Assembly: GCA_903904855.1 (NCBI GenBank)
Contig: CAIVEH010000136.1
Span: 1,168 to 65,167, forward strand
Reading direction: 5' to 3'
DNA length: 64,000 nucleotides
Source of the DNA: an uncultured Bacteroidota bacterium
GTDB taxonomy: Bacteria; Bacteroidota; Bacteroidia; Chitinophagales; Chitinophagaceae
Shown here: positions 19,371-30,700 of the stretch, one piece after another
Numbering within the stretch: the stretch's first letter is position 1
Layout of the letters: the number at the start of each line of letters is the position of its first letter
Translations under genes and position numbers: made by a program
Notes under the pieces: model-generated
Databases searched by the model: none
Told to the model about the DNA's origin: nothing
The model's input: the letters and a program-made list of their open reading frames with translations, nothing else

Positions 19371-20192
19371 CTACTTAATTTCCATTACCATACCGGCAAC
19401 CAGTGCGGCCATTTTAGGGGCGGCTGCATTAGCGGCTTCGAGGACTTCTTCGTGTGTGATGGTTATGGGTTCGTCACTGATGCCAATATCGGTGATGACA
19501 CTGATGGCAAAGACACGTATGCCTGCGTGGCGGGCTACTATTACTTCGGGTACGGTACTCATGCCTACTGCATCGCCGCCTATGGTGTGCAGCCAGCGAT
19601 ATTCGGCTGGGGTTTCGAAGGTGGGTCCCTGGAGGCCGATGTAGATGCCGGAACGGACGGTGATTCCTTTTGCGGCGGCTATCTGGCGGGCCATTTCGAT
19701 TAGTTCGTGATCGTAGGCTTGCCCCATATCGGGGAAACGGGTGCCGAGGCGCTCATCGTTAGGGCCGCGCAGTGGATGCTCAGGGAATAGGTTGATGTGA
19801 TCTTTGATGATCATCAGGTCGCCGATGGCGAAGCCGGGATTGGTGCCTCCCGAGGCATTTGAGACCATGAGGGTATGCACGCCCAGGGCTTTCATGACCC
19901 GAACAGGGAAGGTTACTTCTTCCATGCTGTAGCCTTCGTAGTAGTGAAACCTGCCCGACATGAGCATAACATCTACTCCTTCTATTTTACCAAATACCAG
20001 TGCGCCGCCATGGCCTTTTACGGTACTGACGGGGAAACCGGGGATTTCTGTGTAAAGGATTTCGGCTTCTTTTGCGATCATATCGACGAGGCCACCAAGG
20101 CCGCTGCCAAGGATGATGCCGATATGGGGCTGGTATTTTATTTTGGTGCGGATGAAACCGGCGGTGGTTTGTATTTTATCGAAAATTGACAT
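19371..20192 (-). CDS. punA: Purine-nucleoside phosphorylase (trimeric PNP family)
   Basis: GIILGSGLG, GRFHYYEG, GPTFETPAE, VGMSTVPE. Confidence 0.93.
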   Translation of the reverse strand: MSIFDKIQTTAGFIRTKIKYQPHIGIILGSGLGGLVDMIAKEAEILYTEIPGFPVSTVKGHGGALVFGKIEGVDVMLMSGRFHYYEGYSMEEVTFPVRVMKALGVHTLMVSNASGGTNPGFAIGDLMIIKDHINLFPEHPLRGPNDERLGTRFPDMGQAYDHELIEMARQIAAAKGITVRSGIYIGLQGPTFETPAEYRWLHTIGGDAVGMSTVPEVIVARHAGIRVFAISVITDIGISDEPITITHEEVLEAANAAAPKMAALVAGMVMEIK

Positions 20193-20210
20193 TTATAACT
20201 TATTTTCTTT

Positions 20211-20548
20211 TTATTTCTTTATAATTTCTTCCAACCATTCTGCCAGTAATGGTAAAAAGCTTTCTTTTACATCCCATATTATCTCATAATCAATTCCGAA
20301 GTATTCATGGATTATTCTATTTCTCAAACCAATTATTCTTCTCCATTCCACTTCCGGATGCATTAGTTTAAAATCGTCTGGAATCCTGTTAGCAGCCTCA
20401 CCAATTATTTCAAAATTCCTGACAGTAGCATCAATGGTTTTTTATCAGAAACAAATTGTTCGTAATCTAGATCTGATGTATAGGAGAATATATTATTCGC
20501 AGCCTCCAGCATATCACCGAGTAGGAAAAAAGTATCTCTTTCAAACAT
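20211..20548 (-). pseudogene. HEPN/DUF86 (HepT-like) RNase toxin, frameshifted
   Basis: Not in the ORF track. MFERDTFFLLGDMLEA...FVSDKK, then a 1-base deletion in an A6 run (20438-20443), then TIDATVRNFEIIGEAA..WRRIIGLRNRIIHEYFGID. RX4HXY motif intact. Confidence 0.85.
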
Positions 20549-20837
20549 AGATCAGTTGGGGCAGGATGGCTTGATAATATTTAGGTTTAATACCATTACG
20601 GCTTACTAAATCAACCCGCAAGTGAACAAATTCTTCAATTTCATCAGCAAGGTCAACAAAACGGATACCAATATTTTTTTCGAAATCAACCAATAAATCC
20701 ACATCACTATCGGAAGAAGCGTCATTTCTGCTATAAGATCCAAAAAGCGCCAATGTTTTAATGTTGTATTTATTCTCCAACATTGGTTTTGCCGATCTTA
20801 ATTTTGCCAGTATGTCATCGCGAGAAATCACACTCAA
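20541..20837 (-). CDS. Minimal nucleotidyltransferase (MntA-like antitoxin)
   Basis: LALFGSYSRNDASSDSDVDLLVDF (GSX10DXD); overlaps the HEPN start. Confidence 0.9.
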   Translation of the reverse strand: MSVISRDDILAKLRSAKPMLENKYNIKTLALFGSYSRNDASSDSDVDLLVDFEKNIGIRFVDLADEIEEFVHLRVDLVSRNGIKPKYYQAILPQLIYV

Positions 20838-20987
20838 AACTACAAAAATTTGTTATCAACGAATAAAATAAGTTGCCTAATGGCTTAATCAAACAAGTTT
20901 ATCTTATTAAATACCGTAAAGGTAGTTTAATCATTTTGCCACAACTGTTTCCAGATATTTCATTTCAAAAGCTACCTTTGTATCTTT

Positions 20988-22166
20988 ATGTCTTTTATGC
21001 TTACTGAATTTGAGAATACGCGGATTGCTTTTGAATACCGCAGTGATAAAGAGCTGAAACATGCACGGTTTTTGTTTTCATCGATGAGCTCGTCGGCTTT
21101 GACCAAGGTGGGGATGAAACTGACCAGTCTGGCGATAGCGCTGAGATTGCCGGTAAATGGCATTATCAAGCATACTTTGTTTGACCATTTTTGCGGCGGG
21201 GAGACTATGGAGGAGGCCGCGGGTACTGCGGCTATGCTGGGTAAGTATGGTATAGGGACTATACTGGATTATGGGGTGGAGGGCAAGGAGAGCGAGGAGG
21301 ATTTTGACAAGGCTGTGCCGGAATTTATCAAGGCTATAGAATATGCTGCATCGAGCAAAAATATACCATTTATCAGCCTGAAGTTAACTGGTTTTGCCTA
21401 TTTCGCATTGCTGGAAAAAATACATAGCCGGCAGACGCTTACTGCTGATGAAGAGGCTGCGTGGAAGAGGGTTTATGGCAGGATAGACAGTATATGCAAG
21501 GCTGCGGCTACAAACAACATAATGGTACTGGTGGATGCAGAAGAAAGCTGGATACAACTTCCGGTGGATGAACTGACAAATGCCATGATGGAACGGTATA
21601 ATAAAACGAGGGTGATTGTGTATAATACTTTTCAGATGTACCGGCACGACCGGTTGGTGTATCTGGAAGAATCATACAGGGATGCGAGGTCGAAAGGGTA
21701 TCTGCTGGGTGCAAAGCTGGTGAGAGGGGCTTATATGGAGAAGGAACGAGTCCGGGCTGCAGCAATGAATTACCCATCGCCTATACAGCCAAATAAGGAA
21801 GCTACAGACAAAGATTATGATGAGGCTACGCTGTTTTGCCTGGAGCGACTGGATGGACTGGCATTGTTTGTGGGTACACATAATGAAGCCAGTTGCCTGA
21901 AGGTAGCGAAGTATATGCTGGACAATAAAATAAACGGCGATACGGACAGGGTATATTTCTCCCAACTGTATGGCATGAGCGATAATATTTCGTTTAACCT
22001 TTCCTATCTAGGCTATCGGGTAGCGAAGTATCTGCCTTATGGGCCGGTGAAGGATGTGCTGCCCTACCTGATGAGGCGGGCTCAGGAGAATACATCGGTA
22101 GCAGGGCAAACAGGGAGGGAACTGTTGCTGATAAATAAGGAGATTAGGAGAAGGAAGGTGGATTGA
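20988..22166 (+). CDS. Monofunctional proline dehydrogenase
   Basis: HFCGGET, LVDAEESWIQ, KLVRGAYMEKE, GTHNE, FSQLYGMSD, KYLPYG, YLMRRAQEN. TACCTTTG at 20973-20980. Confidence 0.92.
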   Translation: MSFMLTEFENTRIAFEYRSDKELKHARFLFSSMSSSALTKVGMKLTSLAIALRLPVNGIIKHTLFDHFCGGETMEEAAGTAAMLGKYGIGTILDYGVEGKESEEDFDKAVPEFIKAIEYAASSKNIPFISLKLTGFAYFALLEKIHSRQTLTADEEAAWKRVYGRIDSICKAAATNNIMVLVDAEESWIQLPVDELTNAMMERYNKTRVIVYNTFQMYRHDRLVYLEESYRDARSKGYLLGAKLVRGAYMEKERVRAAAMNYPSPIQPNKEATDKDYDEATLFCLERLDGLALFVGTHNEASCLKVAKYMLDNKINGDTDRVYFSQLYGMSDNISFNLSYLGYRVAKYLPYGPVKDVLPYLMRRAQENTSVAGQTGRELLLINKEIRRRKVD

Positions 22167-22226
22167 AAGGTGAAATTTTCTCCAGGAATAACTTCTTAGC
22201 TATATTAAATCCTGCGAAATTGGGTT

Positions 22227-22293
22227 AGCTCCATCCGGAGCTTATAATGTATTATATATGTATTTCTAAAAAGCGGTAGCTCCTAACGGAGCA
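22227..22293. repeat. Pair of GCTCC-N4-GGAGC palindromes (REP/BIME-like)
   Basis: AGCTCCATCCGGAGCT (22227-22242) and AGCTCCTAACGGAGCA (22278-22293). Confidence 0.6.
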
Positions 22294-22613
22294 TCCGGTG
22301 AAAATCATCAGAAATAGTTCAGTATTTTTGATTCTCTTAAAATCATATTTGGGCGAGAATTCTGGATTTGGTAACTTTAGATTAATGATTAAGCCTGTTA
22401 CCCTTCCGGATGCAGCAAAATTCTTTGGTTCAGTACTACCTTTTCCCATCCTGCGGCAGCTTGATTTTTTGGTTCAATAAAATTAAGAAAATAAATATAT
22501 TGCTTGGATACTAACATTTGCCGCCAACTATACGCCTATAGTATCAGGAGCAATAGTGGATTGTAATGGATAATTAAAAAAATAAGGCAGATAGATAAAA
22601 TATTTACAGCGCA

Positions 22614-23207
22614 TTGTCAAGGATATTAAATGTGAGCACTCTTCTTCCAGTATCAGAAAAAAGTTCAGTTATGCATACTGAACTGGAAATCCTGATCAGT
22701 GATTGCATTGCTAATTCCAGGAGCGCGCAGAAAAAACTATATGATCGATACGCGCCTGAAGCTTATGGTATTATAAGAAGGTTTGTTTACCAGAATGAGC
22801 AGGTGGCAAAGGAGATTTTGAATGATTCATTTTTTAAGATATTCCGCGACCTGAGCCAGTATTCATTTCAGGGGGCATTTGAAGGGTGGATAAGAAGGAT
22901 AGTAGTGAATACCATTAATGACCATTTCAGAAGGAACGGAAAAGAGGAAAGTTACCATAAGGAAGTGCATGAAGAAGATGCCTATATAAACAGTGAGCCG
23001 GTTGAAAATTTATCGCACAAGGAGTTGCTGAAAATTATAGAATCACTGCCGGCAGCTCAAAAAGAAATTTTTAACCTGTTTGTATTTGAGAATTATTCGC
23101 ATAAAGAGATTGCCAATTTACTGAACATAAAACAAAACAACTGCCGGTGGCACCTGAACGATGCACGGCGGAGACTAAAAGAAAAGCTTAGTTTCTTTAA
23201 TAAGTAA
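22614..23207 (+). CDS. ECF sigma-70 factor
   Basis: AQKKLYDRY, FEGWIRRIVVNT, region 4 LPAAQKEIFNLFVFENYSHKEIA..L..ARRRLK. True start may be ATG 22671. Confidence 0.92.
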   Translation: MSRILNVSTLLPVSEKSSVMHTELEILISDCIANSRSAQKKLYDRYAPEAYGIIRRFVYQNEQVAKEILNDSFFKIFRDLSQYSFQGAFEGWIRRIVVNTINDHFRRNGKEESYHKEVHEEDAYINSEPVENLSHKELLKIIESLPAAQKEIFNLFVFENYSHKEIANLLNIKQNNCRWHLNDARRRLKEKLSFFNK

Positions 23208-23214
23208 AAAGAAA

Positions 23215-24768
23215 GTGATGATTAAGTACCGAAAACATATTGATGACTTTTTCAGAGAAAAGTTAGGCAATTACAGAGAAGCCCCGCCTCCCGAAGCCTG
23301 GGGGGAGCTTGAGCAGCGGCTGGATGGGCTTACACCCGCCCTGCCAAGCTCTTACTACAGGTTTTTACCTCATATTGCTATTATATCACTATTGGTGATT
23401 CTTGGCATTTCGGCAGGTAAAAAACTGGTGGGCAATGCAGGCAATTCTGCACCGCTTATTTCCAGCACTACAGGCCAGCCGACCTCATTGCGGAATACTG
23501 CTACAGAAAATAGCACGGTAGTGCAAAACCAAACCAACACTCCTGCAGGCAACTCTGAGCCAGGCAGTGCTGTGCAGCAAAACAAGGATAACCGGCAAGA
23601 AACTGCTGGTGATCAACAAAATAACAGCAACGGTAATCAAGCATTGCCACTTTCAGCTAAGAAAAGCAGCAAAAAAGCAGGTAATAAAAATCGTAGCAAT
23701 CATTACCTGGCATCCAGAATGATGGGCCGAACGGCGCCATTCGGGCAGGAAGGAAAGACCAACTGGACAGGAGCCAAACCACAAGCCGGAACAGTATATA
23801 ATGCCCCGGTAAATAATACGCAGACAACAGAAATATCAAATAGCAATTCAGCAGCCAGCCCCGATTTACCCCTATCAAGTAAGTCGCACCAGGAAGAAAT
23901 CTTACCTGGTACATTAAAGGAAGTAATTAAAGCAGGAAAAAGTCAGGACGGAGTTAAGCCAGCAGAAAGGACAAAAAGTTCTAAGATCGGATTCAGAAGG
24001 TTTGAAGCAGGTGTTAAAGGAGGTTTTGAGCAGGGATTCACCGAAAGCGCAGCAAAAAAATATGTTGTATCGCCTTACCTGCAATACAACATATCGCGAA
24101 AGGTGGCTATTATGACACAACCAGCAGTGAAGTATGCCAATGTGAGCAGCAGAAACCTTGGGTCGAAGTCTTATTATGATAATTATACCAATGAATCCAA
24201 AACCTATGACTCGGTAAGAAGTATCCAGCATATTGGTGGCCTGGATGAAACTTATTATACCACCATTTTTAAGTATACTGAAAGCCATGATTCGATTGTG
24301 AAATCTTATAAATATGGTGGCTCCTATTTTGAGTTTGAAATGCCATTACTGGCTAAATATGCGCTCAGCAACAGGTTATCAGTTTATGGTGGTGTAAATG
24401 TTGTTTATAGTAAATTTAACGGTTATACAGAAAGCACTTATATAAATAAGGGGATTACTACCAGTAACAGAACCAGTGTTGATGTTCCAACACCAAATGA
24501 TCAACAGTTTGCAAATGCACCTGCTGGATTCTGGTATAATATACAGGGTAATAATTATGCAGAATATAAAGGGTCTCCCTATCCGACCCAGGCAAAAGGC
24601 CAGATTAATATAGGTTACCAGTTAGGATTCAGTTATAATTGCAGCAACAGATGGATGGCGGATGCCTTGCTTCAGCAAGCGCCTGTAAGTACCACTGGTG
24701 GTAATAATAACCCTTCCATCTCAACTACTAATCTCCGTATTTCGATAGGCTATAAGCTGACAAAATAA
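23215..24768 (+). CDS. Putative anti-sigma factor: N-terminal anti-sigma segment, TM helix, low-complexity linker, C-terminal OM beta-barrel
   Basis: IDDFFREKLGNYREAPPPEAWGELEQRL; TM at ~aa 50-68; N/Q/S/T-rich linker ~aa 70-258; alternating beta-strands ending NLRISIGYKLTK. Confidence 0.7.
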   Translation: MMIKYRKHIDDFFREKLGNYREAPPPEAWGELEQRLDGLTPALPSSYYRFLPHIAIISLLVILGISAGKKLVGNAGNSAPLISSTTGQPTSLRNTATENSTVVQNQTNTPAGNSEPGSAVQQNKDNRQETAGDQQNNSNGNQALPLSAKKSSKKAGNKNRSNHYLASRMMGRTAPFGQEGKTNWTGAKPQAGTVYNAPVNNTQTTEISNSNSAASPDLPLSSKSHQEEILPGTLKEVIKAGKSQDGVKPAERTKSSKIGFRRFEAGVKGGFEQGFTESAAKKYVVSPYLQYNISRKVAIMTQPAVKYANVSSRNLGSKSYYDNYTNESKTYDSVRSIQHIGGLDETYYTTIFKYTESHDSIVKSYKYGGSYFEFEMPLLAKYALSNRLSVYGGVNVVYSKFNGYTESTYINKGITTSNRTSVDVPTPNDQQFANAPAGFWYNIQGNNYAEYKGSPYPTQAKGQINIGYQLGFSYNCSNRWMADALLQQAPVSTTGGNNNPSISTTNLRISIGYKLTK

Positions 24769-24813
24769 TCACTATCACACATCGCCAAATAGCTATGCAT
24801 TCAAATAAATTGA

Positions 24814-24840
24814 AACCCTTCTCATTTTATGAGAAGGGTT
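24814..24840 (+). terminator. Stem-loop after the anti-sigma gene
   Basis: AACCCTTCTCAT-TTT-ATGAGAAGGGTT. Confidence 0.7.
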
Positions 24841-24954
24841 ATTATTATAAATAATATTTTATAAATCAAATAGTCGCAAAAAAATATCTTATTTTGGAAT
24901 CAAATTTATAATCGGGAATTTAGAAAAATCAAAAATTTAGCATAAAATAGAGCA

Positions 24955-27498
24955 ATGAAATATACCCTATACCTGCAGCTTACTTTATTTCTGGTATTCG
25001 GCAGTATATTTCATGCCCGCTCACAGATTATCAGTACATATGCAGGAACAGGTATTGCGGGATTCAGCGGAGACGGAGGGCAGGCCACCTCTGCAACTCT
25101 TTACTGGCCCTGCGGAGTACTCATAACCCAATCGGGAAATCTATTATTTACCGATGAGGAGAATTTCTGTGTACGAAGAATTACACCTTCAGGTATCATA
25201 TCTACTATTGCAGGCCTGGGTGGCATTACCACTGCCGGATACCACGGAGATGGCGGGCAGGCAACAGCAGCAAAGCTTTCATCGGATTGGGGAATAACTC
25301 TGGATGCAACAGGAAATCTGCTGATAACAGACGAGAATAACCATACAATCAGAAAGGTTAATTCTGCCGGAATAATTTCGTCGATAACAAGTGATACTTC
25401 AAATGTAAGTGATGGAGATGGTGGCCCAGTGTCAGCAGCACATTTCAAATTCCCGGTTGGTATTACATCGGATATAAGCGGTAATATTTATGTGGGGGAT
25501 GCAGATGCGTATAATATCCGGAAAATAGACGCTTCAGGTATTGTGCACAGATATGCCGGGACAACCGGCCTGCATGGGTATTCGGGCGATGGCGGCCCGG
25601 CAACGGATGCCAGGATTACCTACCCAAACGGGTTGGCGGCCGACAAAGCAGGCAACTTATATTTTTGTGACGGAGGGGCCAATTGTGTTCGGAAGATCAC
25701 ACCGGCAGGTATAATCAGTACTATAGCGGGGACAGGTACGGCAGGTTTTTCGGGTGATGGAGGGCCCGCGACCGGTTGTGAGCTTAATAATCCTACAGGG
25801 GTTTATGTTGAACGGTCGGGCAATATTCTGATAACGGATTGCTCGAATCACAGGATCAGGAGAATCGATCAGTCAGGCATAATCAAAACAATAGCTGGTA
25901 CGGGTACTGGTTCATTTGGCGGGGATGGAGGACTATGCACCCATGCTGAATTAAATTATCCGGCCAATGTTGTAACAGACTCATTGAATAATATCTATAT
26001 TACAGATAACCACAATAACCGGATACGGAAAATAACCATGGTACTGTTTTTTGCCAGCCATTCGGTGCATGTTCATTATTGCCAGAATACGCCGCTGATA
26101 TTGCTCGACTCGCTGCTAAAGGCCAGCGACCAGGCTATAGGACTAATTGACAAGTGGAGCATAGTACCCGGATTTACTGCACATCATGGCTCTGCTTTTG
26201 TTGCAGATTCGGCGCCGGCCAGTGGTACAGGGATAATTCCATCGGGCAGTTACTATTCTCCCAATTTCGGATTTGTGGGAACAGATACCATAAAGGTCAT
26301 TGTTACCAATGGGATTGCGACAGATACAGAGACGGTGTATATTACGATGGATGCTTTTGTAAACAATGCAGGGAGGATACTGGGGGATTCGATGGTATGT
26401 GTAGGTACTTCAATACTTTTATCTGATACGGCTGCCGGTGGTAATTGGACGGTAAGCAATCTGTATGCGGTGGTGATAAACGGTGTGGTTACAGGTAAAA
26501 AGGCAGGCATAGATACGATAATTTATACGGTAGCCAATACCTGCGGTTATGCCAGTGTAACGAAACAGGTAACCATCAATGCGTTGCCTAATACGGGTAG
26601 CATAACAGGGGTTGCTAATGTTTGCGTAGGTACAACAGTAGTGTTAACTGATACAGTAACAGGGGGAGTATGGAGTCTATCGAATGGCAATGCAACAATG
26701 AATCCATTACTGACAAACTGCTACGTGAACGGTTATCTGCCTGGGAAAGATACGATTTACTATACAGTGACCGACAGCTTCTGCACAGCCAGCACCAACC
26801 TTGCGCTGACAATCATTGCCCAGCCAGTTTCAAAAATAAACGGTGGTTCACCCATTATCTGTACCGGATCAAGGGATACCCTGACCGGAATCCCTTCAGG
26901 GGGTATTTGGGCATTAAGCAATACCAATGCTTCAATGGATAGTATAGCTAGTCGTGTGATTTTAACCGCAATAACTACAGGCCCAGATACGCTTACCTAT
27001 ACCATTACCAATTACTGCGGATCAGCAGTAGCGGCACATCCTTTTGAAATTGATACTTTGCCAGTCAGACCAACAATTGCAAGAGTTGAGGGGGCACTTT
27101 ATGCGCCGCATGGTTATGCAGGCTATCAGTGGTACCTGGATGGAGTGCCGGTTTCGGGGGCTGTGGCAGATACTTTTGTTGTAGCCAGAGAAGGCGCCTA
27201 TTCGGTAGAGGTATCCAATAGTTTTGGTTGCTCGGTATTTTCTGATTCACTTGAATTTCCCGGCTGCGGGCCGCAAGGAATACTTGTTTACCCCAATCCT
27301 ACCGCATCGAAAGTATATGTTACATGGTGCCAGGAAGTAACATTGCGTTTAATATGCATGGATGGAAGAGTGGCGCTAACCCTGCATCATACCAATGAGA
27401 TAGACCTGAGTGGACTGGCCAACGAAGATTATTTACTGGCAATTTATGATGTGACTGGTAAAAAGGTAGCAGTGAAATTAATAACCAAACTGGAGTAA
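24955..27498 (+). CDS. T9SS type-A cargo: NHL-repeat beta-propeller plus Ig-like repeats
   Basis: Repeated AGTG..GFSGDGGPAT..L..P.G NHL units; three Cys-containing Ig repeats; CTD VYPNPT...KLITKLE. Confidence 0.88.
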   Translation: MKYTLYLQLTLFLVFGSIFHARSQIISTYAGTGIAGFSGDGGQATSATLYWPCGVLITQSGNLLFTDEENFCVRRITPSGIISTIAGLGGITTAGYHGDGGQATAAKLSSDWGITLDATGNLLITDENNHTIRKVNSAGIISSITSDTSNVSDGDGGPVSAAHFKFPVGITSDISGNIYVGDADAYNIRKIDASGIVHRYAGTTGLHGYSGDGGPATDARITYPNGLAADKAGNLYFCDGGANCVRKITPAGIISTIAGTGTAGFSGDGGPATGCELNNPTGVYVERSGNILITDCSNHRIRRIDQSGIIKTIAGTGTGSFGGDGGLCTHAELNYPANVVTDSLNNIYITDNHNNRIRKITMVLFFASHSVHVHYCQNTPLILLDSLLKASDQAIGLIDKWSIVPGFTAHHGSAFVADSAPASGTGIIPSGSYYSPNFGFVGTDTIKVIVTNGIATDTETVYITMDAFVNNAGRILGDSMVCVGTSILLSDTAAGGNWTVSNLYAVVINGVVTGKKAGIDTIIYTVANTCGYASVTKQVTINALPNTGSITGVANVCVGTTVVLTDTVTGGVWSLSNGNATMNPLLTNCYVNGYLPGKDTIYYTVTDSFCTASTNLALTIIAQPVSKINGGSPIICTGSRDTLTGIPSGGIWALSNTNASMDSIASRVILTAITTGPDTLTYTITNYCGSAVAAHPFEIDTLPVRPTIARVEGALYAPHGYAGYQWYLDGVPVSGAVADTFVVAREGAYSVEVSNSFGCSVFSDSLEFPGCGPQGILVYPNPTASKVYVTWCQEVTLRLICMDGRVALTLHHTNEIDLSGLANEDYLLAIYDVTGKKVAVKLITKLE

Positions 27499-27790
27499 TA
27501 CGTGAAGCTATTGTTGAAAGTAGACAAACAGGGAATTGACAAATGGATAACCGATTGATAGAGCAAATTGATAAGGTGAAACCCGATAACCAACAAGATT
27601 ATAGGGGAGGAAACCGATTATGAAACTATTAATTAATAAAACTATAAAAAAGTTACAAAGTATCATTAAACAAAAAAATATGCTTAGCTTTACTAACATT
27701 CTGGCCCGTTTATACGCCTTATATATAGAGCAGGTAAAATCATATAAAACATTATATAAATTTTACATTAGTTTGTTTTGTTATTTAAAT

Positions 27791-30700
27791 ATGAAAACTA
27801 TTAAATTTTTAGTAACCACCGCACTGTTAATGATACTGTCTACAGCATCATTTGCATTGGTATTACCCATTACAGGGGTAATGACAGTGTGTGTTGGGGT
27901 ATCAACAACTTTGGGTGATGCAACACCCGGAGGCACATGGAGCAGCAGTGATATTTCTGTTGCAACAGTAGACAGCATTGGGTCGGTAACAGGGGTATCA
28001 GCAGGAACAGCAACAATTACTTATACGGCAGGTACCTATGTAACCGCCACAATTACTGTTAATCCGGTGCCATCAGCTATTTCCGGGCCTGGTGTTTTAT
28101 GTGCAGGCTCAACTATGACCATGACTGACCCTTCAACAGGGGGATCGTGGAGCAGCAGCAATCCTGCTATAGCTGCTGTAACATCCGGAATAGTAACAGG
28201 AATATCGGGAGGGAGTGCAATAATTTCCTACTCATTAGGGTATGGCTGTACTGTGTCTCAACCAATAACCGTTAATCCGCTTCCTGCTTCAATAGCAGGC
28301 GGAGCAACAATATGCCTTGGAGCATCAACAATCATGACTGATGCCACACCCGGCGGCACATGGTCGTCAACTGATCCAGTTCTGTCTGTTGGGTCATCAT
28401 CAGGTATTGTTACAGGGATTACTGTAGGCAGTGGAATTGTTTCTTATACTCTTTCTACTGGTTGCTACAAATCTTTCAGTGTAAATATTCTTGCTTCGCC
28501 CGGACCTATCATGGGTTCATCAGGAATCTGTGCAGGATTACTCGGATCTTATACAAATCCGGTTGCTGGCGGTATATGGAGCATTAACCCTGTAACTGTT
28601 GCAACTATAGGCACAAGCTCCGGCATTGTTAATGGAATTTCAGCTGGATCGGCAACATTAACCTATACACTTGGTACCGGTTGTTCGGTTAACAACACCA
28701 TTACTGTTAATTCGCTGCCAGCGCCAATTACCGGAGCTACCGGCATATGTCCCGGCGGTATTATTACTTTAAGTGATGCCACTCCAGGCGGAATATGGAG
28801 CAGCACTAATCCTGCCGTGGCAACAGCAGGATATGGTTCAGGTATCGTTACCGGATTATCAATCGGAACTTCTACCATTCAATATACCAGCACCAGTGGC
28901 TGTATTTCAAGCATCGTTGTAACAGTGAATGCAGGCCCGGGCGCAATATCCGGGGCTTCATCAGTTTGTTCGGGAAATACCATAACCTTATCTGACCCAA
29001 ATGCAGGAGGTGCCTGGAGCAGCAGTAGCCCATCGGTGGCGACAGTTGGTTCACTTTCGGGTTTAGTAACCGGTGGTTTAACCCCAGGTACAGTAACAAT
29101 CAGTTATTCACTTGGCAGCGGCTGCATAGCAACAAAAACAGTAACAGTAAACAGCTCGCCAAATGCCTATGCGCTAAGCGGTGGAGGCCCTTATTGTTCT
29201 GGTTCAACCGGATCAGTTATTGGTTTATCAGGCTCAGATGCAGGCGCCAGTTACCAGTTATTTAATGGGCCTGTGGCTGTAGGATCAGCAATAGCCGGAA
29301 CCGGAACCATGTTCAGTTTCCCGCCACAGACAGCAGTAGGCGCTTACACTGTAACTGCCAGCAATATGGCAGGCTGTACCCGGAATATGACCGGTACGGC
29401 CAATGTAACTATAAGTGCATTGCCCGGCGTATTTAGTGTTAGTGGCGGAGGATCATTCTGTAGTGGCTCCACCGGCTCTTTAATCGGGTTGGTTGGTTCT
29501 CAGACAGGCGTAAGTTATCAGTTATATAATGGCGGTTTACCGATGGGTAGTCCATTATCAGGTACCGGAGGATTGCTCAATTTTGGTTACTATAATATTG
29601 CAGGCACTTATACTGTGGCAGCAACAAGTTTTGCTACCGGCTGTACAGCTACAATGAGCGGCTCGGCTGTATTAACCGTTAACCCTCAGCCAATCCCTTA
29701 TATTGTAGCAGGCGGTGGCAGTTACTGCAGCGGTGGTATTGGGGTACATGTCAGCCTCAGCAGTTCTGAAGTCGGCAAAGAGTATGTGCTATTCCGTAAC
29801 GGGACGTCAACAATGATTCATCTTTACGGAACCGGCGCTATGCTGGATTTTGGTTTGCAAACTGCAGCAGGTTCCTACACAATTACAGGTACAGACAACA
29901 TTACCCTATGTACCAGCAATATGACAGGTAGTGTATCGGTTGTTATAAATCCATTGCCTGTAATATGGACAGTAACATCGGCAGCAACCGGTTATTGTTC
30001 GGGAGGCAGCGGAGTGCACATCAATTTAAGTTCATCAACTGCGGGGATTATGTACCAGTTATTTCTGGGAACAGCGCCTGTTGGAGTGCCAGTAGCTGGC
30101 ACAGGATCTTTGCTGGACTTCGGTCTGGAGTCAGCGCCTGGCGCATACATTGTAAAAGCCTCAGATGCAGCTACCGGATGTAGCTCACAGATGGCAGGAA
30201 TAGGAAATGTTATTGTGTATCCGCTTCCGGTTGTTTTTAATGTTATCGGGGGAGGGTCTTTCTGCAGTGGCGGTCCCGGAGTGCATATCGGAACAAGTGG
30301 ATCATCAGCAGGAATAAGTTATCAGTTATATAATGGAACTATTGCTACTGGTGCACCTCTGCCAGGAACTGGTTCAGGAATAGATTTTGGTTTTATAACA
30401 ACGCCAGGTACTTATATGGTTGTTGCCTCAAATCCGGGTACTACCTGTTCGGAGGCGATGGCATTATCGGCTACCGTTTCCATTACAGCGCCTGTGGTGC
30501 CATCTGTCAGCATGAGCATTGCTACGGGCGATACTGTATGTGCTGGAACTGTTGTGAACTTTGCGGCAACCGGAGTAAACGGAGGAACCTCACCATCGTA
30601 CCAATGGACCGTAAACGGAGCAGTGGCCGGTTCCGGGGTAAGTACTTTTACTTACACACCGGTTGATGGTGATATTATTGGTGTATCAATGACCAGCAGC

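Noticed and set aside
20430-20450. Programmed -1 ribosomal frameshift in the HEPN gene (also considered at 18971, 56861 and 59423)
   Set aside because: No in-phase X_XXY_YYZ slippery heptamer or stimulatory structure was seen; simple deletion is more parsimonious.
22252-22480. Two short overlapping ORFs (65 and 60 aa)
   Set aside because: No recognisable motif; they overlap the palindromic repeats. A real small protein cannot be excluded.
27620-27790. N-terminal extension in the ORF track (also at 1958-2050, 9735, 15355, 43806-43925 and 46353-46415)
   Set aside because: AT-rich upstream read-through; the signal peptides or conserved N-termini begin at downstream ATGs.
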